A stretch of 64,000 nucleotides of DNA from contig JACPCP010000012.1 in assembly GCA_016179745.1 (NCBI GenBank), positions 789 through 64,788 on the forward strand, given 5' to 3'. Below the pieces are notes generated by a model that had not been told where the DNA came from, made no database searches, and saw only the letters and a list, made by a program, of their open reading frames with translations. This document shows, piece by piece, positions 7,501-19,500 of this stretch (positions are counted from its first letter, which is position 1; every line of letters begins with the position of its first letter). The position numbers and the translations under genes were made by a program. This DNA comes from Candidatus Omnitrophota bacterium. GTDB taxonomy: Bacteria > Omnitrophota > Omnitrophia > Omnitrophales > JACQLI01.

Positions 7501-10500
7501 TAATTCCCAAAAGATGGAGGAGCGCCGGTGCGGCGTCGGCCTGCGTACCCGGGCGATCTTTGAGGGAAATTTTTCTGAAACCGCCACCCCCTTTGACATA
7601 ATCCAGGATCATGAAAGGGACATCCGAGGCGCTGTGCCCCGGCGTGTCTGCCCCATCAAGCCCCCCGTGGTCCGAAATGGCGACCAGGGCCGCACCGGTT
7701 TCCTGGGCCGCCCCGGTCACGATTTTTACGCCGCGATCCAAGGCCCTCAATGTCTCAATGCCGGAATCCCTGCCGGTCCCCTTTTTCGAAACGAGCCGGG
7801 TGACGGTAATTTCCCGTGCCGCAAAGTCCACGGCAAAAAAAACTTTCTCCCGTGCAGGATCGAAATCGGGAAACCGATTCTGAACTCCCAAGGCCGCAAT
7901 CATTTCTCCGGCCCCGACAAAGACTTCTACGCTGTTCGATGCATTCGCCTCTTGTAAAATATCAAATTGAATGTCAAAACCCGCATCCCCCCGTCGAACT
8001 CCCTTAAGTCGGCCGGTCCGCCCGAGTTCTCGAATGCGTTTCGTAAATTCCCGGCCCATAAAAACTTGATCCTCAAATTCATCATCCTGGACCCACAAGG
8101 TCGCCGATTCATCAAGATGCTGGCTCGCCACGTGGCTATTGAGGTCGGCCATGTCCAGATTGCTAATGACATCCCCGTCAGGGCCTGCCCTTTTGATAAG
8201 GTTCGCGTCCGCACGAGCTACGAAATACATACTTCCGCCGGGATAATGCCACAGATCTTTGTTCGGAAGCTGATTGTAGACTTCAGCCTCCGCAAAGGTT
8301 CCGTCTTTCGTTTTCACTTTCACGGTTTGGCGGATTCGGGGCATGGATATGCTTCCATAATCGAGGTTTTCGTGTCGGTAAGGCTTGTCTCGGCCGCGGA
8401 AGGTCTCGATAAAACCGGTTTTCTCACTCCCAAAACCCCAAAAGACTTTCCTCCCGTGCTTCCCCAGCCATTCGACCAGGCCATGACGCACGATGATATC
8501 CGGGATAACGGCTCTCCTGCTCGCCATTAACTCCTTCACATAACGGGTCATCCCGTAAATCGGCATCCCGCGCACATCCGTCGTGTCTTCATAGGCAAAT
8601 TGATTATCCCGGACGGCCCGGACCCACAATTTCTGCCGGTCTTTTCTATGATTCCAGCCGAATAGAAAGCGTCTCTTCCGAGCCTGCGGCGCCAAAATGC
8701 CAACCGGTCCAAACTCATCAATCTGCATGATGGACCGCATCGTCTCGTCAAAATGACCTGCCTTATATTCCCGGGCCATTATTTTCTTTAACTGATCCGT
8801 CGACCACACATACACAACGCCGTCGGCCAACGAATCAATGGGGACCCTCTTTCTCTTGATCTCCTCCCAGAGGGAGGGCGCTTCTTCTTTTAAGACCAGA
8901 GGGTGGTTGCTCAGGCCCTGTTGGTTTCTTGCCTCAAGCGCACGACGGCCCACAAGGCCGAGGCTCGCGGGGCCACGGATCGGCTTTTTACGGACTTCGG
9001 CGCGCTGAGGCCAGCCGTGCTTCCCGATCAGCTCCACGAACTGGACGGGCCCCAAGTTATCGTAAGACGCCCCATCGTCGGGAGTTAAGCCCCCCCGATT
9101 GAGGCCGGCCAGAATTTTCTGGACCGCCGGAAGAACAGGCTTTTCGATTTCAAACTCAGTAAAGAATATTTTCGGGGAACTTGCGTTGACCTTGGGTTCC
9201 AGAATCAAACGGACCTTCGTATTCCCAAACTGTTTTTCCGGCGTTTCGCTCCGCACCTCGGCGCGGGAGGGCGGCCGGCCCCTCCTTAACCGCCCCATCT
9301 CAACCTCACCACGGGAGATGCGGCGGCCATCCCGCCCGGCACTTTTGGAAATGGTACCGATCCGGGTACGCGGCCCCGCAAGAGCTCTGCGGGCCTCGGA
9401 GCGGAAGAAAGAAGGATCCGTTCGATCCCCAGGAAAGTTCTGTTCACTCCAGCTATCAGCAGAAGCGTCTATCACTGAAATTGCCGACCCACGGGGCATT
9501 CCTTGGGGTTCCAGATAAACGGAGCCGTCCGGTTCGACACGGTCAATTCGAAACGAAAAATCCAAGTCACCAGGCTCGCCGCCCAGTAAAAATCGGATGG
9601 ACTCATTGGACCCTACGGTCAGGTTCAGGTGAGTAGACCAATCCTGGGTCGGATCGATTGCCTGCAAAAGGGAGGGCACATCAGCCTTTTTAAAATGATC
9701 CTCGTGGGCAATTTTAACCACCCGAGGCGCATGAATCCGCACCTGAGTCAAAGCTCTTCCACCTCGACTCCTTCGTCTTTCTCTGGGTTGTATCCAAATT
9801 TTCCTCCGAGTGCCGTTGACGATCAGACCGCTGATTTCAAGTTCTTGGCCCTGCGCAACCCTGAAGATCTGCCTAAGCGCTGCGGCCGGTAACTGGGGTA
9901 AAAGCTCTATTTGAGGGTCCGTCCTTCTCAATAAAAGTCCTGGTCTGACATTAGGGGCCGGTCCTTCTGAGAGCGAAATCAAAACCCTTCTCCTGGGATT
10001 CTCTGGATCGCTCACGACCCATTCCTTCCCGGCATCCAATGGCAAGCTCTGTTCCTTCGAAGCTTCCAAGGGCGGAGCGTCCGCCCCTTTCTCATAAACC
10101 GTCACACCCCCCTGAATCATGAAGAAGTTTTGATCAAGATTATCTCCGACACGAACCGCCGCTCTGGACCCTGACGGAAAATGGATTTGGACAGTGCCGA
10201 AGTCTCCGTTTGCTTCTGCCGGATTCCACACAAACATTTCGTTGAATTCCTCTCCGCTCCGCACTTCGGAGCGGAGGGTGTCGGCGGCGGCAAAGGCACG
10301 CCCTTCCTCGAGACGCTCGACCAGAGCTTTGAAGTCGGTAAATTTCGTCTTCTGCGCCACAAGGGTATTTAAACCGAGCGCCTTGACTCCTGACAGAGTC
10401 AACTCAAAGTAACGGAGAGAGTTTGAATCTCCTGGATGTTGTTCCACTTCACGAACCCAGCCCTCTCCTATTTGATCCGGAGAGCCGGTGTGCAGGAGGA

Positions 10501-13500
10501 TCGGGGCCTGAACGCCCTCTGCTCTGAGCGCTTCGATCAAGTCACGGCCATTTAATCCAGGAAGTCCGTTATCAATAACCAAAAGGTCAATTTCCTTATC
10601 AACTCGTTTGTCTAAAAGAGACCGAAGAGCCGCTTCTCCGTCTCCAAATTCCGTAATCTTCTTCCCTTTGAAATGTGCCTTTAGAGTCTCCCTCATGCCT
10701 TCATCATCCTCGACAATAACCACGTTCTGAATCTTCCGCCCTCCCCTCAAGAGCCGGATTTGATTCGGCGCCAGCGTGAGCTCCGCCCGATTTGTTTCCT
10801 GCCGCACTTCCACTCGAGCGCCGGTCAGTTTGATGCGAAACCCGTCTGGGATCTCGATCGTGACCGTCCGGCCCGGTTCGCCGCCGAGATGGCGGATCAA
10901 GGGCTCCGAGACGAAGACCTCGATCGCATTTTCCGTTTTGGAATAGCCGAAGCCCGTAACGGCCGGAAATAACGGCGCCTCACCCACTCTTTCAATCTTG
11001 CTCAGAAGAGTCCCTTCCAGAATGACTGACTGGCCGGGCCGGTGGACAAACCTGAACAGGCTCTCCGCCCCCTTGACAGCTTCCAGCACGAAATTCAACG
11101 GATCGGCAGACCGAACATAGGTTGATCCAAAATCGTGTTCCCCGGATTTGCTGGTGCTCAGGGCCTCATGGACTTCCCAGGGAAAATGTTGAAATGTGAC
11201 CTTTGCCTCTCCAAATTGAGCGGCCGCCTGAACTGCGCTCTCCGGAACAAAGGATTCGGCTTCCTCTACGATAAAAGCATTCTTTACCAGGACGTTGTAG
11301 ATGAAGTCCCTGGACCGTGTTCCGCTCTTCCCTTCTCCGCTCCGCACCTCGGAGCGGGCCTCGTCACGACGGTGAAGCTGAGGTAAGCCCGAGAGAGAAG
11401 TGGGCTGGCTCGCTGCGGCTTGAGTCGATTTTTCCATCTTTTTCAGACGCTGATAATGCTGCTCTCGGACTTGCCAAACAGTAAGCCCTTGCTTCGAATC
11501 CAGAGGTTTTCTTAAGCGTTCGGCTTCCTGCCTTCTTAGCCGATCGAGGTCAAAACCCAGGCTCGTCCGAACCAGGTCAAGCTTGCTTAGGTCACGAACG
11601 GGTGTGTCTCCAGGCGATTGGACCCAAACATTACCAAACGGGTGGGAATGAGCGTAAATTTCGCTGCCCGTCTGGGGCACCAGAGATTGACCGAGGGCAA
11701 GAAAAGGCAGACTCTCCACCGCAATCACAATGCCCTGTTCATCCGGCTGCAAGACTTTGGCTGATTCGACGAATCCCAGTCGTGACGCAAGCTCCTGGGC
11801 TTCCTCCCTCATGGAACCATCCTTTTGTCCGTCCCGAGGTTTTCCCAGAAAAAAGTCTCCCTGATGTAAGAGAAATACCGGTCTCCATGCGAAATAGGGC
11901 TTGAAGCGGCCGACTTGACGGGGGTGGGGGGAATAAATCAAGGCGAGCTCGTAATTCCGGCTGATTGCATCCTCCAAGTTTTTAAACCCCTTGAACGGAT
12001 GGAAAAAGTGAATCCGGGGTTCTTGAGGCGAATCCCGTGAAATGACGCCCGAACTGTAGGGTCTTGCCCTTTTTTTAATTTCGTTAAAGAACAAGGGGTA
12101 GGCTTCTTTTTTCGTGAGAAGGATCAAGCTGATGGCGTAGGCGTAAAGGTTCATCGAACGCCCCGTCTCGGCATGCCCATAAAGATTGACGAGGAACTTC
12201 AGGGACTCTTCCGTCCCGTAACGGTCGACCCACTGCATCAATAATTGATCAAGCGTCTGCTGGATCTTTTGAGGCTGCTTTTTGACCTGTCTTAACCTGA
12301 GCAGCCGCTTCTGCTCACGGTTCAGCTCTAAGAAATGCTCTTGAGCCGGCAGGCCGTTTGGGTTGAATTCTCCTTCTTCACCAATGAGATCCTTCACAGT
12401 TTGAATCTCTCTTTCAATTTCCCCCAAATTCGCCGGATGATCCCGGTAATCAATAAATTCCTGGACATCGCCAAGCCAGCTAAAGAACGGTTGTGTGCTC
12501 ACCCGCACCTCGGCCCCCGGCTCGGACGGAGCCGGGGACGGAGGAGTGCTCGCCTGAGCGGGCGAGCGCACCTCGGAGCGGGCTGGCTGGCGCTTATCAA
12601 AATATGTATTTTTATCATCAGAAGATATTCCATTTTCTATATTGACAAACTCGCCGGCCGGCGCTACACTCCCTCCCCCTGTTTTAAAGAACTCATTCAC
12701 CAGGAGAATTGCGATGAAAAGAGAAAAACCAGTGAAGCCAGCTAAAAAGATGGATGCATACACGGTCACAGAAGTCGGAACGCTGCTTGAAGAGATCAGG
12801 ACCGACGTCAAGAGAATCGCTGAGGGCCACTCGGGACTTGATAAGAGATTAGAGGATATTGAAGTCTCAAACCACGGGATCCAAGATCGTCTCCAAATGG
12901 TGGAACTCAGCAACTCAATCATTAAAGGCAAAGTCTCCAGACTTGAGGATGCTACTTCAAAACTGTTGAAGGATCTCAAAGACACCCGCCTGGAACTTAA
13001 GGCCGACATCGCCCAGACAAAGGTTGAATTGAGAAACGAAATGGCTGAGATGAGGGTTGAACTCAAAGCAGAAATTGTGGGTTCCAAGACCGAGCTCAAG
13101 AATGAGATCAAAGAACTCGGCGGCCGGTTGAGCGCTGTCGAAAACCCACGCTGAGTTTTTACTCTGCGCACCTCGGAGCGGGAGAGGGAGGCGTAAAGAT
13201 CCCGGGCGCGGGAGAGGGTGTCCGGAGTAAAATTGGCGCCGGTCAAGACAATGGCGATTCTCCTGTCCCGAAGAAGAGGCCTATACTCTTCTTTTGACAT
13301 CAGAAAATAAACCACGGCCAGCGAGGCGGCGGCCGAGGGTTCAACTTTATACCCTGCCTGATTGAGATCAACGAACGCCCTGATCAGCAAGTCTTCGGGG
13401 AATTCCACAAATTCGAAAAGTTTCGATCCGAAGGCTTGAAGCGTCTCTACCGCAAGCTTCTGCGCCATTTGGATCGCAAGCCCGTCGGCCATCGAAGCAT

Positions 13501-16500
13501 CTCGAAGCATCGGAACGGCGCCGATGACCTTGGTCTTGCCGCCGTGAGCATGGGAATCGAGGGTCATTCCCACGAGCGGCCCTCCCCCGCCGGAAGGCAT
13601 CACCAGATAATCCGGATCGCCGATCGCCTCCCGAATGTCCTCCAGAATGCTCGCTCCGCCCAAAGCCATACTCTCCCCATTGGAAGCATAGACGTGAAGC
13701 ATCCCTTTCTCCTTCGCATACGCCTCCAAAACGACAAGAAGCTCATTGATATTGACGAGCCGATGCTTGATCTTGTCTTCGCTCTCCCCCGGATCGAGCA
13801 CTCCCGCCACCTGAGCGTTAAGGATAAAATCATCCAAATAAACGATTTCCACCAAATCGACCGTTGGCACACGCTTAAAATTCCTCCAAAGGTAATAAGG
13901 TTTCTCAAACTTGCGGATCTTCTTTTTCTTGGTCTCATTGAGGAAGGTGTAGGCCACCATCGTCACCTTAAAATCGGGCGGGAGTTTCCAGAGCGTGCCG
14001 TCTTTCAGAACGATCCCGTGTTTTTTCAGGTAACGCACCGTGTAGAGGAGCCCCTGAATGGCATTGCCGGAGGAATAGATTACCGCTTCTTTCAATTTTC
14101 CGGAATCGATCGCTTCCCGGTTTTCAATGAGGAGGTTGACATACTGACGCCACTTGAAAGATCCCACCGGCGACAAATATTCCCGGGCGGCGAACAGTTC
14201 GAAGCGAACGCCTGTCCGCTCTATGAATTCCCGAACAGCGGGGAGATGGGTAAGGGAAACGATCTTTGGTTTGAAAAGGCGCCGAATCAGATAGAAAATC
14301 CGGCCGAAGAAGCTGGTTTTTGCACGGATGAGCTGACGCACAAACTCTGTTCCCCGTTTGAGCCGTTCAAGGGGGAATTGATTTAAGAAGGCATTTCTTT
14401 TTGTGAGATCCCCTTCGGGCGCGGCCTCGGGAACTTTCCCTTCCGGACTTCCATTCCGTCGCCACGTGGCGTGGTAAAGCCGGAGGTATTTTTTCACAAG
14501 CAAAAGGGGACTGTCCCCTTTTTTGGGGACTGTCCCCTTTTTGTTGGGTGGGCTCTTATTCGGGCTGAACCGCTCGATATCTTCCAGGGCCGGCATAAAA
14601 TCGATTCCTTCCAGCCGTCCCAGTACACTGGCGTAATCTTTGAGCTCTGAAATCCCCTTTGAGGCTTGGATCTTTTGAAGAAGGCCCCTTTTTGCGGAAA
14701 GATTTCTCAAGTGTCTGATGAATCCCCTGTTGCCTTGGAAAAGATCGAGAACTTTGTTCACAACCCGGGCACGCTCCCGAAGCCCTGCCTGGTCTCTTCC
14801 GTCCGGCTCTGAAAGTCCCCGCCCTTTAAGTGCCTTAATCACAAAATTGGAAATGATTGTGAAATCCGGAGGGTTGGTCCCATTGACGCTTTCCCTCGCC
14901 GCAGACATCAAATCATCGGGCGCCAGCACTTCTATCATCTCCTGATAAATCTCCTCCGCCAGCTCATTGCCCCTGAGCTCGGAGCGGCGGGGGGAGGAGA
15001 TGGATTTCCGGAGAAAGGGTTCGCCATTGATCCAGAGTTCCAGCGAATCGGCCGGCGTTTCCGGCTTGAATAAATGCCGGCCTTCCGGGGTGACAAAGTA
15101 GAAGGTTACAGAACGGCGGTCGCCGTGGAGGGGCTGCGCCGCCAGAAGATAACCGGACTCCTGCAGAATCTTCCGGACTGATCGCAAAGCGATTTTTTTC
15201 TCTTCCGGTAACCGGGCAGCGTCAAGATACTGTTCGAATTGCTGCTCCAGAATCCCTTGAAGAGTCATCTGGGAAGGCATGCTCCGAGGACGATCCAGCC
15301 CGGAGGGGTCCACCTCCGCCACCAGGGGGAACTTCAATTTTGATTCCGGAAAATCCAGATGAAGGACCGGGAAATCTTCAATGACCGGGAAGGCTTCATC
15401 TTCTTTCGGGCTTCTCATCCGGAGAATCACTGTGTCTTCCGGAATTAAATTTCTCCTTCTCCAATCCAAAATGCCGTGAGTGACCCCGATTTTTTTCGCT
15501 TGAGCCGACGGAGGCCCCGGCCTTTCGGACTCCCTGGAAAGATCCAAAAGACGGCCGAGCAGCCGGTCGATTCTCTCAGCCCCTTCCTTTGTAATAGAGG
15601 TGCGCCGCTCGCCGGCGCCCACAGGAAGCCTGAAAGTCCGGGTCTTTCTTCCTGTTTCTTTCACATGGCGCCTCTGCTCCCGGACTTTTTCGAGGGCTCC
15701 GTCCTTTTCAAAAAGCTGCAGAGCAAAAATGGCGGACAAAAACTGGCTCTCCAATTCAGCCAGCCTTTCCAGAGCGGGGCTGATCTGCCGCCACGTCTTC
15801 ACCACATTTCCGGCTTGGGCCTGCCACCTTTCGCTTAAACTTTGATATTGCTCTCTCCAGGGGGACTGGGCTTCTTCGCTGGGCGCTGACACAAACGCCT
15901 GATAGGCCGTCGCCAACTGCTTTGTGGTCCGGAAAGCGGACCCCTCCTGGTGCGCCAAGGCCACGGGTGTCAATTCATCGTGGAAAGTCACTCTTACTTC
16001 AGAGCGGACGAACTCCGGCGTTGACGGAGTCGAACTCTTGGGCGGTGCGCTTCTGGCGAGAAGCCGGCCCGTAAGATCAAAGAGATGGGTAATGTCTTCA
16101 GTCCCCTCCTGTCGAAAGATGATCCGCACGCCTCCGTCGTCCGGATCCACAAAAAAATCGAAATCCCCGTGGGTCTCAAGCTCATCCTGCTTGAGCCAAA
16201 CCATGGACCCATTGCCCGTGCTCTTCGGAATCAGGAGGGGGATCGGCTTTCCGTCTTCCGCCTGAAAGAGATGGAAGTGTCCCTTGGCGTCCACAACGAC
16301 CGCCACAGCCTCCCTCAGGTGGGACGGCGCACCGGAAGAGTTGGCAACCAGGTCGAAGAAAGGCCCCTCCGGATCGCCTCCGACTCTAAAAGAAAAGGAC
16401 GACCTTCCCAGAGGGACCATCTTCAGCGTCTTTCCGCCTGTTTCAAACAGGAAGAGCGTCAGATACCGTGTCGCCGGAAACTTCGGAGAAGAGACCATGA

Positions 16501-19500
16501 CAACGATAAGCTCGGGGGATCCCCTGCCGATCGTGGTGATTCTGCTCGTCACCTTTCGCCGGTTAAAAAACCGGCCGTCCCCCTCGAATTTGATTCCCTT
16601 GAGGGGCCCCAGGCTCTGACGGATCCCCTCTTTCGAAACTCCCTTCAAACTCAGCGCTTTTTCGAGGGTCCCCCAGGGATTCCACCAGCCGTTTCCCAGG
16701 GAGAAGGACTGGGCCGGAATGCTGACCCTTTTCAACGTCTGGCTTGAGCCCTTGGAGGAGGAAGCCCCGTAGATCTTGCCCAGGCGGACATTTTTAAATA
16801 CCACAGATTTCTTTTCAACGGCCAGCTCCCAAAGGTCCATCACCCGGCCGATCTCAGCCAGCCTCGCCGCTTCACTTTGCTTCATCGTAAACCCGGAAAC
16901 ATTCATGAGGTCGGTCACCGGAGACCCCGTTTCCAAAAACTTCCCGTGCTGGACCATCGCCTTCATTAACGCCCGGAGGTGGATTCGAATTTGTGCGTCA
17001 TGGTCCCAGAGATACAGCTTGTCAATGAGGGTCCTGCGGCCGTCCGGAGCGTCAGGAAATCGAATCAGCGCCGGTGCTACCAGCTGCTGCGGGGACTTGG
17101 CTTCCGGGTCCGCTACTTTAAAAGCGCTCCTGAGCAGGTCCGTGAAACTTTCCGGAGTCGGCCTTTCCACCTTTTCCGAGCGCACCTCGGAGCGTTCGGC
17201 CGGGGCCGTCTGCGCCGGAGAGGGAAAAATTTTTCCGCTCCAGACCTCATGATTTTCATTGGCGCCGCTCAAAAGGACCACAAAGGCGTCCATCCCCTCT
17301 TTCTCCCAGAAATCCCGAAAGACGGTCGGAGCGGCGGCCGTCACCCCGGCGGTGACTTCGTAACGGCGTTCCTCTCCTTGATTCAAACCTTTGAGATCCT
17401 TCGCAACTTCCCGGACTGCAGGAATTCCATATTTCACCTCATCCACCTTGACCACGTAATCAACCACGTCCCATGCAAGTTTCCATGGAATTTCGATCCG
17501 CTCCACGGCAATCCCCTTGGAGAGCGTTCCGGGCGGGATCGCCCGGGTCACCTCCCGGCCATTTCTCATCGCCTCATAAAAGCCGTCGATCCCGGGTGTC
17601 TGGACGCCGATGACCTTGACTTCCACGTCAAGGCCCGATTCCCGAATCTGGTCTTTCAGAATCTTGGCGCCTGCGACAAGGCCTCCCGCCCCGACCGGAA
17701 CGGCCACTCCGATCCGCTTTGCCGGCAGACTCCCATTCTCCGCCGCCCTGCGAATCTGGTTGAAGATTTCATCGAAGATCGTGGCATAACCGGTCACGAC
17801 TCCCGCAAAATGATTGACCCGGATCACTTTCCCTGGCTGGTCCTTTTTAAGCCGGGAGACGGCCTCTTTGGCTTTGTCATAGGTCTTGCGAATGAGAAGC
17901 TCAAACGTGATGCCCTGTTTTTTCAAGCGCTGCTGCGCCTGTCGAAAAATCTTGATCTTCTCCGGGCCGGTCGAATCCTCTCCCACGGCAACAACAAGCC
18001 TTGTTTTCTTCCTGTCAATCTTCCCGGCCTCTGCCAGTTTCTCAAACGCCAGAAGGAGGGCGTAACCGTGGTTGAAGGTCGTCTGCGTGGCGATGGCCTC
18101 GATTTGCCGGCCTCCCGTCTTTGCCCGTTCAATCTCCTGCAGAACGAAATTCAGAACGCCGAGGATCTTGAACGAATTCCCCGGATTGCGGGTGGCGTCA
18201 TAAAGGTAGACCGGCTTCCCCGCCGCAGCGCTGATCCTCCCGGCCCTCACCCATTCCGGGTATTGAATCTCCTCAAACCCCGAGTCCCGGATCCGCTTTT
18301 GGGCCAAACCGATCGCCTCGGAATCCAAGCCCGGGAAACGCTCCAACCGCTCTGGATTCTCATTCTTAAGGATGCCCCCGCCCACTTCCCGGAATGGCGT
18401 TAAATCGTTCCGTGCTTCAGAACGAATAACGGAAAATCCGCTTTTGAGAAACTCCCGGCGGGCTTCCTTGCGGCTCTGTTGAATGGGCCTGAAATCAACG
18501 CCGTGCCAGCGGTAATCACGATAGGCCACCGGCAGGGCGGCGGCGTCTTCAATCTGCGAAAAAGGGTAAGGGGAAACCGGTTTTCCCAGAAAGGCATTGA
18601 AGTAGCTCTCTCGAGACTCCACTTCACCCTCCCCCCCGGAAACGGTCTCATCGAACCGGGGAGAGACGAGCGCATAAGAGAATCCTTTTTGATGGAAGGT
18701 TTCTCTCAAACCGTCCGTGTGGAAACCGCCCGTAATGAGGATGACGGCCCGGGCGCCGTGGCGGCGGATTTCTCTTTCGACATTCTCCGCCATCCAACGC
18801 TCCCGCTCCTTCGCCCCTTCATAAAACCCGATGGCCTTCCGAAGAAAGGAGGAAAGCGCCCCGGGAAGCCGGACACGATCCAGTCTCTTCAGGCGGGGAT
18901 AATCCTTTGCGGTGATTTCCAATTCGAAGAGGCGCCGAAGGAACCGGTAATCGAAAAATTCCTTAAGATGCCGCTTTTCTTTCGCCGTTTTGGCGAGACG
19001 GAATGAAAGAAGCCGGCCCAGGCGGTCGAGCTCTTCGGAAAGCACGTCCGGCTTGATTTCATTCCGGAAGACGAGCCACTGGAGCCAGATCTTCAGATAA
19101 GGGTAGCGGTCAAAGACGAAGTTGAGAGGCAGCCGGTCAACGGCCCTCTCAAGAAGAAATCGGATGTCACCCTCTCCCTCCCCTCTCCCCCCAAGAAGAA
19201 GAATTTCCAGTTCCTGGAAAATGGATTTTGGAAGAAACCTCCGCACGTCGTTTAGAAAACGGCCGGAGTCCTTTCGGATCGCCCGGCGGTCGAGGCGCCT
19301 TTCGATTTTGAGGAGCCGGGCGAGGCGCACGAGGGCGGGCCATTCCTTCTGGGACGAGGCAGACTGGAGATTGAGCCCCAAAATTTGGCGGGAATTTTTA
19401 TGAAGCTCACGAAACCAGGCGTCCAGGCCCAGCGTCCGGCGCTCGAAGGCCTCCTGCCGCCTCAAAAATTCCCGGAGCGGCCTTGAAAAGCCCGCTTCAA

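Noticed and set aside
13155-13182. I considered the motif hairpin right after the + gene stop (13154) as a rho-independent terminator.
   Set aside because: The stem is only 4-5 bp, and no T-tract follows on the + strand (gcgcacctcggagcgggagaggg).
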